This document shows, one piece after another, positions 49,119-57,994 of a stretch of DNA of 64,000 nucleotides. The notes beneath the pieces are model-generated. The model was given only the letters and a program-made list of their open reading frames with translations. It searched no databases and was not told the DNA's origin. Made by a program: the position numbers and the translations under genes. The DNA is from an uncultured Actinomycetota bacterium. GTDB lineage: Bacteria; Actinomycetota; Actinomycetes; Mycobacteriales; Pseudonocardiaceae. The stretch spans positions 140,779-204,778 of the forward strand of contig CAWIOI010000001.1 in the NCBI GenBank assembly GCA_963837575.1, written 5' to 3'. Position 1 is the stretch's first letter. Each line of letters begins with the position of its first letter.

Positions 49119-50728
49119 ACCTGCTGTCGGGGCGCCGCGCCGCGCGGTCGCTGCTGCTGTCGGGTGTGATCGTCGGGCTGGCGATCGCGTCGGTCGGGGT
49201 GTGCGTGGCGCTGCTGGGCGGCGGGCCGCCCTTCCCGGTCGGGGTGGCGCTGTCGGTGCTGCCGGTCGCCGTCGGTGTGGCCGCGGCAGCGAGCGCCCGG
49301 GCACGGCGGGCGGGCACGGCCACCCTGGTCGCGGCGTCGGCCTTCGCGGGCCTCGCTGTCGCCGTCGACCTCGGGCTGATGGCCATGCTGCTGGCCTTCG
49401 GCAGGCTCCCGGTCGGGGCGCAGCTCGACCTGGTCAACCCGGCGCTGCTGGGCATGCTGCTCGTGGCGACGTGCGCGGGGCCGCTGGGCAGGCGGATCGC
49501 GCGGACCACCCGGTCGGCGCTGGCGGGCGTGCGGCGCTCGCCCGACGAGCTGCTGGCCGACGTGGGCGACCGCAGCAGGCGCACCGAGCCGGTGGCGGAG
49601 CTGCTGCGTCCGCTCGCCGAGTCGATGCGCCGGGACTGGCGGCTGTCCAGCGTGCGGATCTGGACGGGCCCGGAGGGCAGGCTGGACGAGGGCGACCTGG
49701 AATGCGCGACGATCGTGCCCGCCCCACTCGACGGCGCCCCGCCGCCGATCCCGCTCACGGCGACCGAGCGGGGCCTGCTCGCCCGCGTCGGCGTCGCCGG
49801 GCCCGGCTGGCTGCGGATGTGGCTGCCCCGACTGGTGCCCCCGGCGCCCGATCCGCCGCAGATGCGCTTCGCGCCCGCGGTCGACGGCCGCCGGGTGCTC
49901 GCGCTGGTGGTGGTCGAACGGGCCGCGGACGCCCCCGCGTTCACCGGCGCCGACGAACGGGCGCTGGCGGCCGTCGCGGCCCGGCTCGCGGTCGAGCTGC
50001 GCAGCCGGGCGCTGGACGAGGCGCTCCAGGCCACGCTCGTGGACCTGCGGAAGAGCAACGCCGAGCTGCAGGCGTCGCGGGCCCGGATCGTGGCGGCGGC
50101 CACGGCGGAGCGGCGGCGGATCGAGCGCGACCTGCACGACGGGGCCCAGCAGCACCTCGTCGCGCTCGCGGTCGGGCTGCGGCTGCTGCGCGACGGGCTG
50201 CCGTCCGACTCGCCCGACCTGGAGCTGCTCGACGAGCTCGACCGCGGCGCGCGGGAAGCCGTCGCGGAGCTGCGCAACCTCGCCCACGGCATCTACCCGC
50301 CGCTGCTGCGCGACGCCGGGCTGGCCGCGGCGCTGCGGGCGGTGGCCGTCCGTGGCCCCGTCACGGTCACGGTGGTCGACGGCAGGCCGGAGCATGCGGC
50401 GCGCGCACCGGAGGCCGTCGAGGTGGCGGTGTACTTCTGCTGCTTGGAGGCGCTGCAGAACGTGGCCAAGCACGCCCCCGGCGCGCACGTCACGATCGGG
50501 CTCGCCGCCGCGGACGGTGAGCTCTCCTTCATCGTCGCCGACGACGGGCCGGGCTTCGACCCGGCGACCGCCGCGCGCGGCGCGGGCCTGCAGAACATGG
50601 CCGACCGGCTCGGCGCGGTCGGCGGCACCCTGTCGATCCGGTCGACGCCCGGGGGCGGCACCGAGGTGAGCGGCTACGTGCCGGTGGCGGACGCGCAGGC
50701 GGTCCCGACCGCGGCGCGGGTGGGCTGA
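49115..50728 (+). CDS. Membrane sensor histidine kinase (HisKA_3)
   Basis: ERRRIERDLHDGAQQ, EALQNVAKHA, DDGPGF, GAGLQNMADR. Confidence 0.93.
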   Translation: MNLLSGRRAARSLLLSGVIVGLAIASVGVCVALLGGGPPFPVGVALSVLPVAVGVAAAASARARRAGTATLVAASAFAGLAVAVDLGLMAMLLAFGRLPVGAQLDLVNPALLGMLLVATCAGPLGRRIARTTRSALAGVRRSPDELLADVGDRSRRTEPVAELLRPLAESMRRDWRLSSVRIWTGPEGRLDEGDLECATIVPAPLDGAPPPIPLTATERGLLARVGVAGPGWLRMWLPRLVPPAPDPPQMRFAPAVDGRRVLALVVVERAADAPAFTGADERALAAVAARLAVELRSRALDEALQATLVDLRKSNAELQASRARIVAAATAERRRIERDLHDGAQQHLVALAVGLRLLRDGLPSDSPDLELLDELDRGAREAVAELRNLAHGIYPPLLRDAGLAAALRAVAVRGPVTVTVVDGRPEHAARAPEAVEVAVYFCCLEALQNVAKHAPGAHVTIGLAAADGELSFIVADDGPGFDPATAARGAGLQNMADRLGAVGGTLSIRSTPGGGTEVSGYVPVADAQAVPTAARVG

Positions 50729-50731
50729 GCG

Positions 50732-53068
50732 GTGTCGGGCGCAGATGGGGCGTGGGGGGCCGTGCGCGCGGTGGCCGCCGCCGAGCGCCGCACCGGCCTG
50801 CGCGCCCTCCTGCTGTTCGGGGTGCTGTTCGGGCTGGTCGGGGGACTGGTGCTGGGCACGGCCGCGCTGGGGGAACGCACGGCGAGCGCCTACGACCGCC
50901 TCGCTGACGCCGTCGGCCTCGACGACGTGCGGCTCCAGGTGCCCGCCGACCAGCCCGGGCTGGCGGCGGCCGTGCCGAGGCTGCCCCACGTGCGCACCGC
51001 GTGGCTGACCGACGGCTGGGTCGTGCGCATCGAGGGGGCGGCGCTGCGGTTCGCCTCGCTCGGCGCGGGCCTGGACCAGCCGCCCGACCTCGTGCGCCCG
51101 GTGCTCGTCGCGGGCCGGGCGCCTGCGCCGGACGCCGCCGACGAGATCATGATCAGCGAGCCGTTGGCCGAGGCGAGCGACCTGCGCATCGGCACGGCGG
51201 TCACCGTCCGCATCCTCACGATGGACCAGATCGCGCGCTTCGGCTCGGGGGTGGGCGACCCGCAGGGCCCGATCCTGCGGATGTGGGTGGTCGGGATCGC
51301 GCGGATGCCCGCGTGGGGCGGCCCGCTGTCGGAGGCGCAGGCGAGCCCGGCGTTCGCGCGCCGCTACGCGGACACCGCGTCGAGCCACCCGGCCTTCGTC
51401 CGCCTCGACGACACCCCGGGAGCGGCCGACGCGTTCGCCCAGGCCTACGCGTCGGCGGCGGCCGCTGCGACGCCCTCCGTGCTGGCCGCGTACCTCCCGC
51501 CGCAGGTGTTCCGCCCCCGCGCGGACGGCGACCCGGCGGCCCGCGCGGCCGAACGCACCCTCGTCGTCGGGTTGACGATCTTCGCCGCGGTGCTCGCCGC
51601 CGGGGGGCTGCTGGTCGTCGGGCAGGGGCTGCTGCGCCACCACGCGGCCCACCGGGCGTCGCAGGCCGTCGAGCGGGCGCTGGGGCTGACGCGGGGGGAG
51701 CGGGTAGCGGCCCGCGTCGGCGCCGCCGTGCCCGCCGCCGTCGTCGCGGTGGTGCTCGCGGGCACGATGGGGATGGCGGCAGGACGCCTGCAGCCGCTGG
51801 GCAGCCAGGCCCGGTTCGAGCCGGAGCCGGGGTTCCGGGCGCCGTGGGGCGTGGCCGTCGGCGGGGCGCTCGCGACGGCGCTCGCGTTCCTCGCGCTGGT
51901 GGCGGCGACCGCTGCGGTCGCCGGGCGCAGCACCGGACCGGCCGCGCGCCCGGCCCGCCCACGCGAGTCCGCGTGGACCGGGCTGGGACCGGAGGCGCTG
52001 GTCGGGCTGCGCCTGGCCGTGCGCGGCCACGGGCGGGCGGTGGCGCTGTCGGCCGGGGCCGCCGTGGCCGTGGCGGGCATCGTCGCGGCGCTCGCGTTCG
52101 GGTCGGGCATCGCGCTGCTGCTGTCCGACCCCGTGCGGTCCGGCCAGGGCGCCGACCTCACGCTGGAGGACGCCGAGGAGGCCGACGTCGCCAAGCTCGT
52201 CGCCGACCCCCGGGTGGCGGCCATGGTCGTCACGCGCTCGGTGGCCGCCACGCTCGCCGACGGCGGTGTGCTGCCGGTCCAGGCGAGCACGCCGCGCAAG
52301 GGGGTGGTGCCCGCAGGCCTCGTCAACGGGCGGCTGCCCGACGGCCCGACCGAGATCGCGCTCAGCCCGCGGGTCGCAGCGCAGCGCGGCCTGAACATCG
52401 GCGACGCCGTCGCCGTGGTCAACCGCAACGGCAGGCCGCTGACCCTGACGGTCACCGGCACCGTGGCCGCGGTGGACGACGGCGGCCACCTCGGCGTCAG
52501 CAACGTCGTCACCGACGCCGCGCTGGGCGGGCTCGCGCGCACGGTACCGATCGTGCGCGCCGAGATCGTCGCCGAGCCGGGACAGGCGGCGCGGCTCGCC
52601 GCCGAGCTGGGCCGCAACCTGGAGATCCTGCCCCGCGAAACCCCTCCCGAGGTGCGCAACCTGGCCGACCTGTCGCGGCTGCCCGAGTTCCTCGCGGCCG
52701 CGCTGGCCCTGGTCGCGGGGGCGGCGATGGCGCACACCCTCATCACCGCGGCGCGCCACCACACCCGGGAGATGGCCGTCCTCGCCGCCATCGGCGCCAC
52801 GCCCGCGCAGGTCCGGGGAACGCTGGCGGTGCTCGGCGGCGCCATCGTCGCGCCCGCGCTGGTGCTCGGGGTGCCCGTCGGACTGGCCACCGCCCGGCTG
52901 CTGTGGTGGCAGGTCGCCACGTCGATCGGGGTGGGCGGCGACCTCGCCGCCCCGGTCGGGCTGCTCACGGGCACCGTGGGCGGGGTGTTCGTCCTGGCCC
53001 TGCTGCTGGCACTGGCGCCCGGCCTGCGGGCCACGCGGGGATCCGCGGCGATGCGCCTGGGCGCCTAG
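50732..53068 (+). CDS. FtsX-like ABC permease
   Basis: Two extracytoplasmic domains (GRAP..DEI; GRLP..EIAL) and TM blocks (REMAVLAAIGATPAQV). Confidence 0.85.
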   Translation: MSGADGAWGAVRAVAAAERRTGLRALLLFGVLFGLVGGLVLGTAALGERTASAYDRLADAVGLDDVRLQVPADQPGLAAAVPRLPHVRTAWLTDGWVVRIEGAALRFASLGAGLDQPPDLVRPVLVAGRAPAPDAADEIMISEPLAEASDLRIGTAVTVRILTMDQIARFGSGVGDPQGPILRMWVVGIARMPAWGGPLSEAQASPAFARRYADTASSHPAFVRLDDTPGAADAFAQAYASAAAAATPSVLAAYLPPQVFRPRADGDPAARAAERTLVVGLTIFAAVLAAGGLLVVGQGLLRHHAAHRASQAVERALGLTRGERVAARVGAAVPAAVVAVVLAGTMGMAAGRLQPLGSQARFEPEPGFRAPWGVAVGGALATALAFLALVAATAAVAGRSTGPAARPARPRESAWTGLGPEALVGLRLAVRGHGRAVALSAGAAVAVAGIVAALAFGSGIALLLSDPVRSGQGADLTLEDAEEADVAKLVADPRVAAMVVTRSVAATLADGGVLPVQASTPRKGVVPAGLVNGRLPDGPTEIALSPRVAAQRGLNIGDAVAVVNRNGRPLTLTVTGTVAAVDDGGHLGVSNVVTDAALGGLARTVPIVRAEIVAEPGQAARLAAELGRNLEILPRETPPEVRNLADLSRLPEFLAAALALVAGAAMAHTLITAARHHTREMAVLAAIGATPAQVRGTLAVLGGAIVAPALVLGVPVGLATARLLWWQVATSIGVGGDLAAPVGLLTGTVGGVFVLALLLALAPGLRATRGSAAMRLGA

Positions 53069-53094
53069 CGGCACCCGCGCCGGAGGGCGCACTG

Positions 53095-53156
53095 CGCACC
53101 CCTTCGTCGCACCGCGCACCCCACCGATGGGGTGCGCGGACGCCAGAAGGGGTGCG
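53095..53156. terminator. Long hairpin between convergent genes
   Basis: Outer stem CGCACCCCTTC/GAAGGGGTGCG; inner stem CCGCGCACCCCA/TGGGGTGCGCGG. Confidence 0.65.
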
Positions 53157-53169
53157 AGGTCGGGCGGGA

Positions 53170-53559
53170 TCAGGCGGGCGATCGTCGGGCGAGCCGGGTC
53201 CACAGCTCGCGCAGTGCGGGGCCGTGCAGCTCCTCCTTGTGCAGGTAGCCCGCGACACCGGGCTCGTCGAGCGAGATCGACAGGTCCTCGCGGGCGTAGG
53301 AGGAGCAGAGCACCACGACGCTCGCGGGGGTCTCGGCGTGGATCCGGCCCGCCGCGGCGACGCCGTCGATGCCGGGCAGGCGCACGTCCATCAGCACGAG
53401 GTCGGGGCGCAGCTCGGCGGCCGCGCGCACGCCGTCCTCACCGGTCTCGGCCTCCCCGACGAGCGTGAAGTCCGGCATCCGGCGCAGCACCGCCGACGCG
53501 GCCGCGCGGAAAGGACGCTGGTCGTCGACGACCAGCACGCGCACGGGCGTTGGCTGCAT
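53170..53559 (-). CDS. Single-domain response regulator (REC only)
   Basis: VLVVDDQ, PDLVLMDVRLPGIDG, YLHK; no output domain. Confidence 0.9.
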   Translation of the reverse strand: MQPTPVRVLVVDDQRPFRAAASAVLRRMPDFTLVGEAETGEDGVRAAAELRPDLVLMDVRLPGIDGVAAAGRIHAETPASVVVLCSSYAREDLSISLDEPGVAGYLHKEELHGPALRELWTRLARRSPA

Positions 53560-53614
53560 GGCGTCGAGTGTGCCTCTTGGCGGGCGGTCCGGCAGAGGGG
53601 GCAGGCCACCCGGC

Positions 53615-53632
53615 GGGGGTGTGGCTACCCCC
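53615..53632. promoter_or_regulatory. Palindromic site, candidate NarL/LuxR operator
   Basis: GGGGGT-N6-ACCCCC, with a weaker copy just upstream. Confidence 0.4.
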
Positions 53633-53735
53633 ACCCGTGATCCGCCAGGTGCCGACCTCGGCTCGACCCCGTGTCGAGGGCCAGGGTTGCTGTCGTTGCC
53701 GGGACCGCCCGGCCCGTCGCAGGAGGACACCCGCC

Positions 53736-53936
53736 ATGTCAGCTCACCCGGCCACGGCGCCCGATACCCGGCGTACGCCCCGCCCCACACCGGACACAGG
53801 TGGCGCAGCCCTGCCGCTGCTCCCCGGTGGGATCCCCACGCAACCGGTGCGGCCGCGCGCGGAGAAGGTGCTGCTCCGGGGCTACCCGGGCGATCCGTGC
53901 CTCAGTGGTCCTGCAGGTAGACGAGCACCGCGCTGA
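53736..53936 (+). CDS. Candidate 66-aa small protein
   Basis: AGGAGG at 53721-53726, ATG at 53736; MSAHPATAPDTRRTPRP...; overlaps the 3' end of the NarL gene. Confidence 0.4.
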   Translation: MSAHPATAPDTRRTPRPTPDTGGAALPLLPGGIPTQPVRPRAEKVLLRGYPGDPCLSGPAGRRAPR

Positions 53937-54561
53937 CCCGCCGGTTGAGGTCGCGCTCCTCGGACAACCCGAGCTTCGCGAAGATCGAGTTGGTGTGCTT
54001 CTCGATGGCCCGCTCGGACAGCACCAGATGGGCGGCGATCGAGGCGTTCGCCTTGCCCTGCGCCATCTCCCCGAGCACCTCCAGCTCGCGCGGGGTGAGC
54101 GCGTCCAGCCGCGACGGGCGCGCCTTGTTCGCCGCGACCAGGCCCTCGACCACCGTCGGGTCGATCACCGAGCCGCCCGCGGCGACCCGGCGGATCGCGT
54201 CGGCCAGCTCGTCACCGTCGGCGACGCGCTCCTTGAGCAGGTAGCCCCGCCGCGCGCTGCCGTCGGCGAGCAGGGACAGCGCGTAGGTCGCCTCCGCGAA
54301 CTGGCTGAGCAGCACCACGCCGGTGTCCGGGCGCTCGGCGTGCAGCTTCGCGGCGACCGCGAGGCCCTCGTCGGTGTGGTCCGGCGGCATGCGGATGTCG
54401 GTGACGACCACGTCGGGCGCGTGCTCGTCGACGAGCGCGAGGCAGCCGGGGAGGTCCGCGGCGGCGCCGACGAGATGCAGGTCGGGCGCCGAGTCGATCA
54501 GCCGGGCCAGCCCGTGCCGGAGCAGCGCGTTGTCCTCGGCGAGAACGACCGTGATCGGCAC
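53902..54561 (-). CDS. NarL/LuxR family response regulator
   Basis: LAEDNALLR, TDIRMPP, GYLLKERV, LTPRELEVLGEMAQG HTH. Confidence 0.95.
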   Translation of the reverse strand: MPITVVLAEDNALLRHGLARLIDSAPDLHLVGAAADLPGCLALVDEHAPDVVVTDIRMPPDHTDEGLAVAAKLHAERPDTGVVLLSQFAEATYALSLLADGSARRGYLLKERVADGDELADAIRRVAAGGSVIDPTVVEGLVAANKARPSRLDALTPRELEVLGEMAQGKANASIAAHLVLSERAIEKHTNSIFAKLGLSEERDLNRRVSAVLVYLQDH

Positions 54562-54588
54562 GCCGACAGCCTACGTATCCTTCTCGAC

Positions 54589-55560
54589 GTGACGTCGAGG
54601 TCCCTTCCGTTCCTGCACGGTGACCGGTCCGTGGTGCGCGTGCTGCTGGAGCGGCGGTCCGCGGGCACCACGCCGGGCGCCCGGCTCGACGAGCACCGGG
54701 TCGCGCTCGTGATCGGCGGGGGCGGCATGCGCGGCTCCTACGTCGCGGGCATGCTGCACGCGCTGGAACGGGCCGGGCTGTGCGCGGCCTTCGACGAGGT
54801 GTACGGCTCGTCGTCGGGCGCGATCAGCGCGGCGGCCTTCCTCACCGGCGAGGCCGCGAACTGCGCAGCGTGCTACTCGGAGGACCTCTGCACGCGCGCG
54901 TTCATCGACATGCGACGGCTGGGCTCCGGCCGTCCCGTGGTGAGCCTGTCGCTGCTGCTCGACGACGTTCTGGGCGCCCACAAGCCGTTGGCCTGGGAAA
55001 AGCTGGGACGTACGGCCGGGAAGATGCACCTCGTGGCCACCGACACGGCCGACCTCACCGCGCACACGCTCACCGGCATGACCTCGGTCGCCGACTGGCG
55101 GGTGGCGCTGCAGGCGAGCGCCTCGATCCCGCTGCTCGCCGGTCCGCCGGTGCCCTGGGACGGGCGGCACTGGGTGGACGGGTCGGTCGGCGAGCCGCTG
55201 GCCATCGAACGCGCGCTGCGCGGGGGTGCCACCCACGTGCTCGTGATGCTCTGCCGCGGGGCCGCCGACCTGCACCACGACGCCGACGCCCGCCTGTCGC
55301 TGTGGGCGCGCACGCTCGACCGGATGGTGCCCGGCCTGGGCACGGTCGCGCAGGGCTCCCGGCGTTACGGCCTGGATCTGCGGCTGGTGGTCGACGGCTC
55401 GCCGCTGGGCGGGCACCTGTGCGCGATCGGCCCGGCCCGTTCGGCGGGCGTGGGCGCGCTGTCCGTGGAGCAGGGACCGATCGCCGAGGCCGTGCGGATC
55501 GGCGACGAGTCCGCCACCGCCGCACTGGACGCGGTCGCCGCGGAGCTCGACCCGGCCTGA
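54589..55560 (+). CDS. Patatin-like phospholipase
   Basis: GGGGMRG, GSSSG nucleophile, WVDGSV. Confidence 0.88.
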   Translation: MTSRSLPFLHGDRSVVRVLLERRSAGTTPGARLDEHRVALVIGGGGMRGSYVAGMLHALERAGLCAAFDEVYGSSSGAISAAAFLTGEAANCAACYSEDLCTRAFIDMRRLGSGRPVVSLSLLLDDVLGAHKPLAWEKLGRTAGKMHLVATDTADLTAHTLTGMTSVADWRVALQASASIPLLAGPPVPWDGRHWVDGSVGEPLAIERALRGGATHVLVMLCRGAADLHHDADARLSLWARTLDRMVPGLGTVAQGSRRYGLDLRLVVDGSPLGGHLCAIGPARSAGVGALSVEQGPIAEAVRIGDESATAALDAVAAELDPA

Positions 55561-55595
55561 GCCCCGCATCGGCCGATCCGGCCTAGAGTCGGCGC

Positions 55596-56879
55596 ATGCC
55601 TATCTCGCAGCGGCCGCGGGCGGCCGTCGTCGTCACCGGCAGCGAGCTGCTCACGGGCGCGATCACCGACCGCAACGGCCCCTTCCTCGCCCGTGAGCTG
55701 GAGCGGCGCGGGTTCGAGGTGGCGCACGTCGCGATCGTCGGGGACCGCCGGGAGGACCTCGAAGGGGCGCTGCGGTTCGCGGCCGACGGGGGGGCCGCGC
55801 TGATCGTCACCTCCGGCGGGTTGGGGCCGACGGCCGACGACCTCACCGCCGAGGTCGTCGCCGCGTTCGCCGGGGCGCCGCTGGAGCTGGACGAGGCGAT
55901 GCACGCGCACATCGCGGGGATCCTCGCCGGATGGGCGGCGCGCAACGGGTTCGCCGGGCCCGCGCTGGAGGCGGCCAACCGCAAGCAGGCGATGGTGCCG
56001 CGGGGCGCGGTCGCGCTGGCCCCGGTGGGCACCGCGCCCGGGCTCGTCGTCGAGCGCCCGGGCGGTCCGCTGGTGATCGTGCTGCCAGGCCCGCCGCGAG
56101 AGCTCACGGGGATGTGGCCCGCCGCGCTCGCGTCTGCGCCGATCGCCGCGCTGCTGGCCGTGACGCCCTCCGCGGCCACCCGCGAGCTGCGCTTCTACGG
56201 GCTGCCCGAGTCGGAGATCGCGGCCACGCTGCGCGGGCTCGACCAGTCCGGCGTCGAGGTGACGACCTGTCTGCGCCGCTCCGAGCTGGAGGTCGAGATC
56301 CGGCCGCGGCCCGGCCACGACGACGTCGCGGCGACCCTGCACGCCGAGCTCGCGGCCCGGCACGCGAAGCACCTGATCAGCGCGGACGGCGCGACGACCG
56401 ACGAGCTCGTCGCGGCAGGCCTGCTGGCGCGCGGGTGGACGGTCGCGACGGGGGAGTCCTGCACCGGCGGGATGCTGGCGTCGCGGCTCGTGGACCGGGC
56501 CGGGTCGAGCGCGTACGTGGCGGGCGGGGTCGTCGCCTACTCCAACGCGGCCAAGACCGCGCTGCTCGGCGTGCCCGCGGACCTGATCGCGACGCACGGC
56601 GCGGTGTCGCCGGAGGTGGCGCGGGCGCTGGCGGACGGGGCGCGGGCGCGGTTCGGCGCCGACGTGGGCGTCGGCATCACCGGGGTCGCCGGGCCGGACG
56701 GCGGCACCGCGGCCAAGCCGGTCGGCTACGTCTGCCTCTGCGTGACCACCGGCGACGGCCGTGTGCTCGCCCGCGACCGCATCGTCCCCGGGCAGCGCTC
56801 CGACGTGCGGGAGCGCTCGACGGACGCGGGCATGCACCTGCTGTGGCGCGCGACCCAGCCCGTGCCTGTCCGAACCTGA
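55596..56879 (+). CDS. cinA: CinA / NMN deamidase-related protein
   Basis: GSELLTG, GGLGPTADDLT, LPGPPREL, ESCTGG, HGAVS, GITGVAGP. Confidence 0.93.
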   Translation: MPISQRPRAAVVVTGSELLTGAITDRNGPFLARELERRGFEVAHVAIVGDRREDLEGALRFAADGGAALIVTSGGLGPTADDLTAEVVAAFAGAPLELDEAMHAHIAGILAGWAARNGFAGPALEAANRKQAMVPRGAVALAPVGTAPGLVVERPGGPLVIVLPGPPRELTGMWPAALASAPIAALLAVTPSAATRELRFYGLPESEIAATLRGLDQSGVEVTTCLRRSELEVEIRPRPGHDDVAATLHAELAARHAKHLISADGATTDELVAAGLLARGWTVATGESCTGGMLASRLVDRAGSSAYVAGGVVAYSNAAKTALLGVPADLIATHGAVSPEVARALADGARARFGADVGVGITGVAGPDGGTAAKPVGYVCLCVTTGDGRVLARDRIVPGQRSDVRERSTDAGMHLLWRATQPVPVRT

Positions 56880-56944
56880 GCCTGCACGTGCGTCGTGCCA
56901 CGGCGCCGGGATCGCGGCACGGTGCCGGGGGCGTAGGCCGCCCC

Positions 56945-57825
56945 GGCGTTGGGGTGGCCGCGCCGGCGTCGGGGTGGCGGCACCGGCGTTGGGGTGGCGG
57001 CGCCGGCGTTGCCGTGGTCGCGCATGCGTTGGGGTGCCGGTGCGGGCCCGGCTTTGGCGGTGCGAGCGGGCGCGTGGCTAGGTGGCGGCCCCGGTCGTGG
57101 TGGCGGTACCGCCCTGATGGCGGTGGTCGCGCCGGCGTTGGGGTGGCGCGCTGGCGTCGCGGTGGTCGCGCAGGCGTTGCGGTGCCGGTGCGGGCCCGGC
57201 TTTGGTGGTGTGAGCGGGCGCGTGGGTGGCGGCCCCGGCTCGTGGTGGCGGTACCGCCCCGATGGCGGTGGCGGCGCGGGCGTTGGGGTGGCGGCGCAGG
57301 CGTTGGGGTGGCGGCGCGGGCGTTGGGGTGGCGGCGCGGGCGTTGGGGTGGCGGCGCGGGCGTGGGGGTGGCGGCGCAGGCGTTGCGGTGGTCGCGCAGG
57401 CATTGCGGTGGTCGCGCAGGCGTTGCGGTGCCGGTGCGGGCCCGGCTTTGGTGGTGTGAGCGGGCGCGTGGGTGGCGGCCCCGGCTCGTGGTGGCCGCCC
57501 CGGCTCGCGGTGGCGGTACCGCCCCGATGGCGGTGGCCGCGCCGGCGTTGGGGTGGCGGCGCTGGCGTGTTGGGGCATCGGTGCAGGCGTTGGGGTGGCG
57601 GCGCAGGCGTTGCGGTGGTCGCGCAGGCGTTGCGGTGCCGGTGCGGGCCCGGCTTTGGTGGTGTGAGCGGGCGCGTGGGTGGCGGCCCCGGCTCGTGGTG
57701 GCCGCCCCGGCTCGCGGTGGCAGTACCGCCCCGATGGCGGTGGCCGCGCCGGCGTTGGGGTGGCGGCAGCCGGCGTTGGGGGTGGCGGCGCAGGCGTTGG
57801 GGTGGCCGCGCAGGCGTTGGGGCGT
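56945..57825. repeat. Hierarchical G-rich minisatellite (20-bp units within four larger blocks)
   Basis: GGCGTTGGGGTGGCGGCGCN units; block GCCGGTGCGGGCCCGGCTTTGG... recurs at 57036, 57184, 57430, 57637. Confidence 0.9.
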
Positions 57826-57994
57826 CGGTACCGGCTCGGCTTCGCCGGTGCGGCCGGGCCCGGGGTGGGGCGCCTGAGCGGGCCCGGCGTGGGCGGCGCG
57901 GGCTCGGCGTGGCCGTGCCGTCCGCGAGGCAGGCGCGGGGTGGTGGCCGTCGGGCACCACCCCTGCGACGATGGGGTCGGACGGGGGAGGACAC

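Noticed and set aside
48692-53203. 1503-aa minus-strand ORF and many other long overlapping ORFs
   Set aside because: Shadow frames of high-GC genes: Arg/Pro/Ala-rich, no motifs, opposite or overlapping well-supported genes
56945-57825. Possible CRISPR array or repeat-protein gene
   Set aside because: No unique spacers and no cas genes; the 20-bp period is not a multiple of 3, and open frames reflect the lack of A
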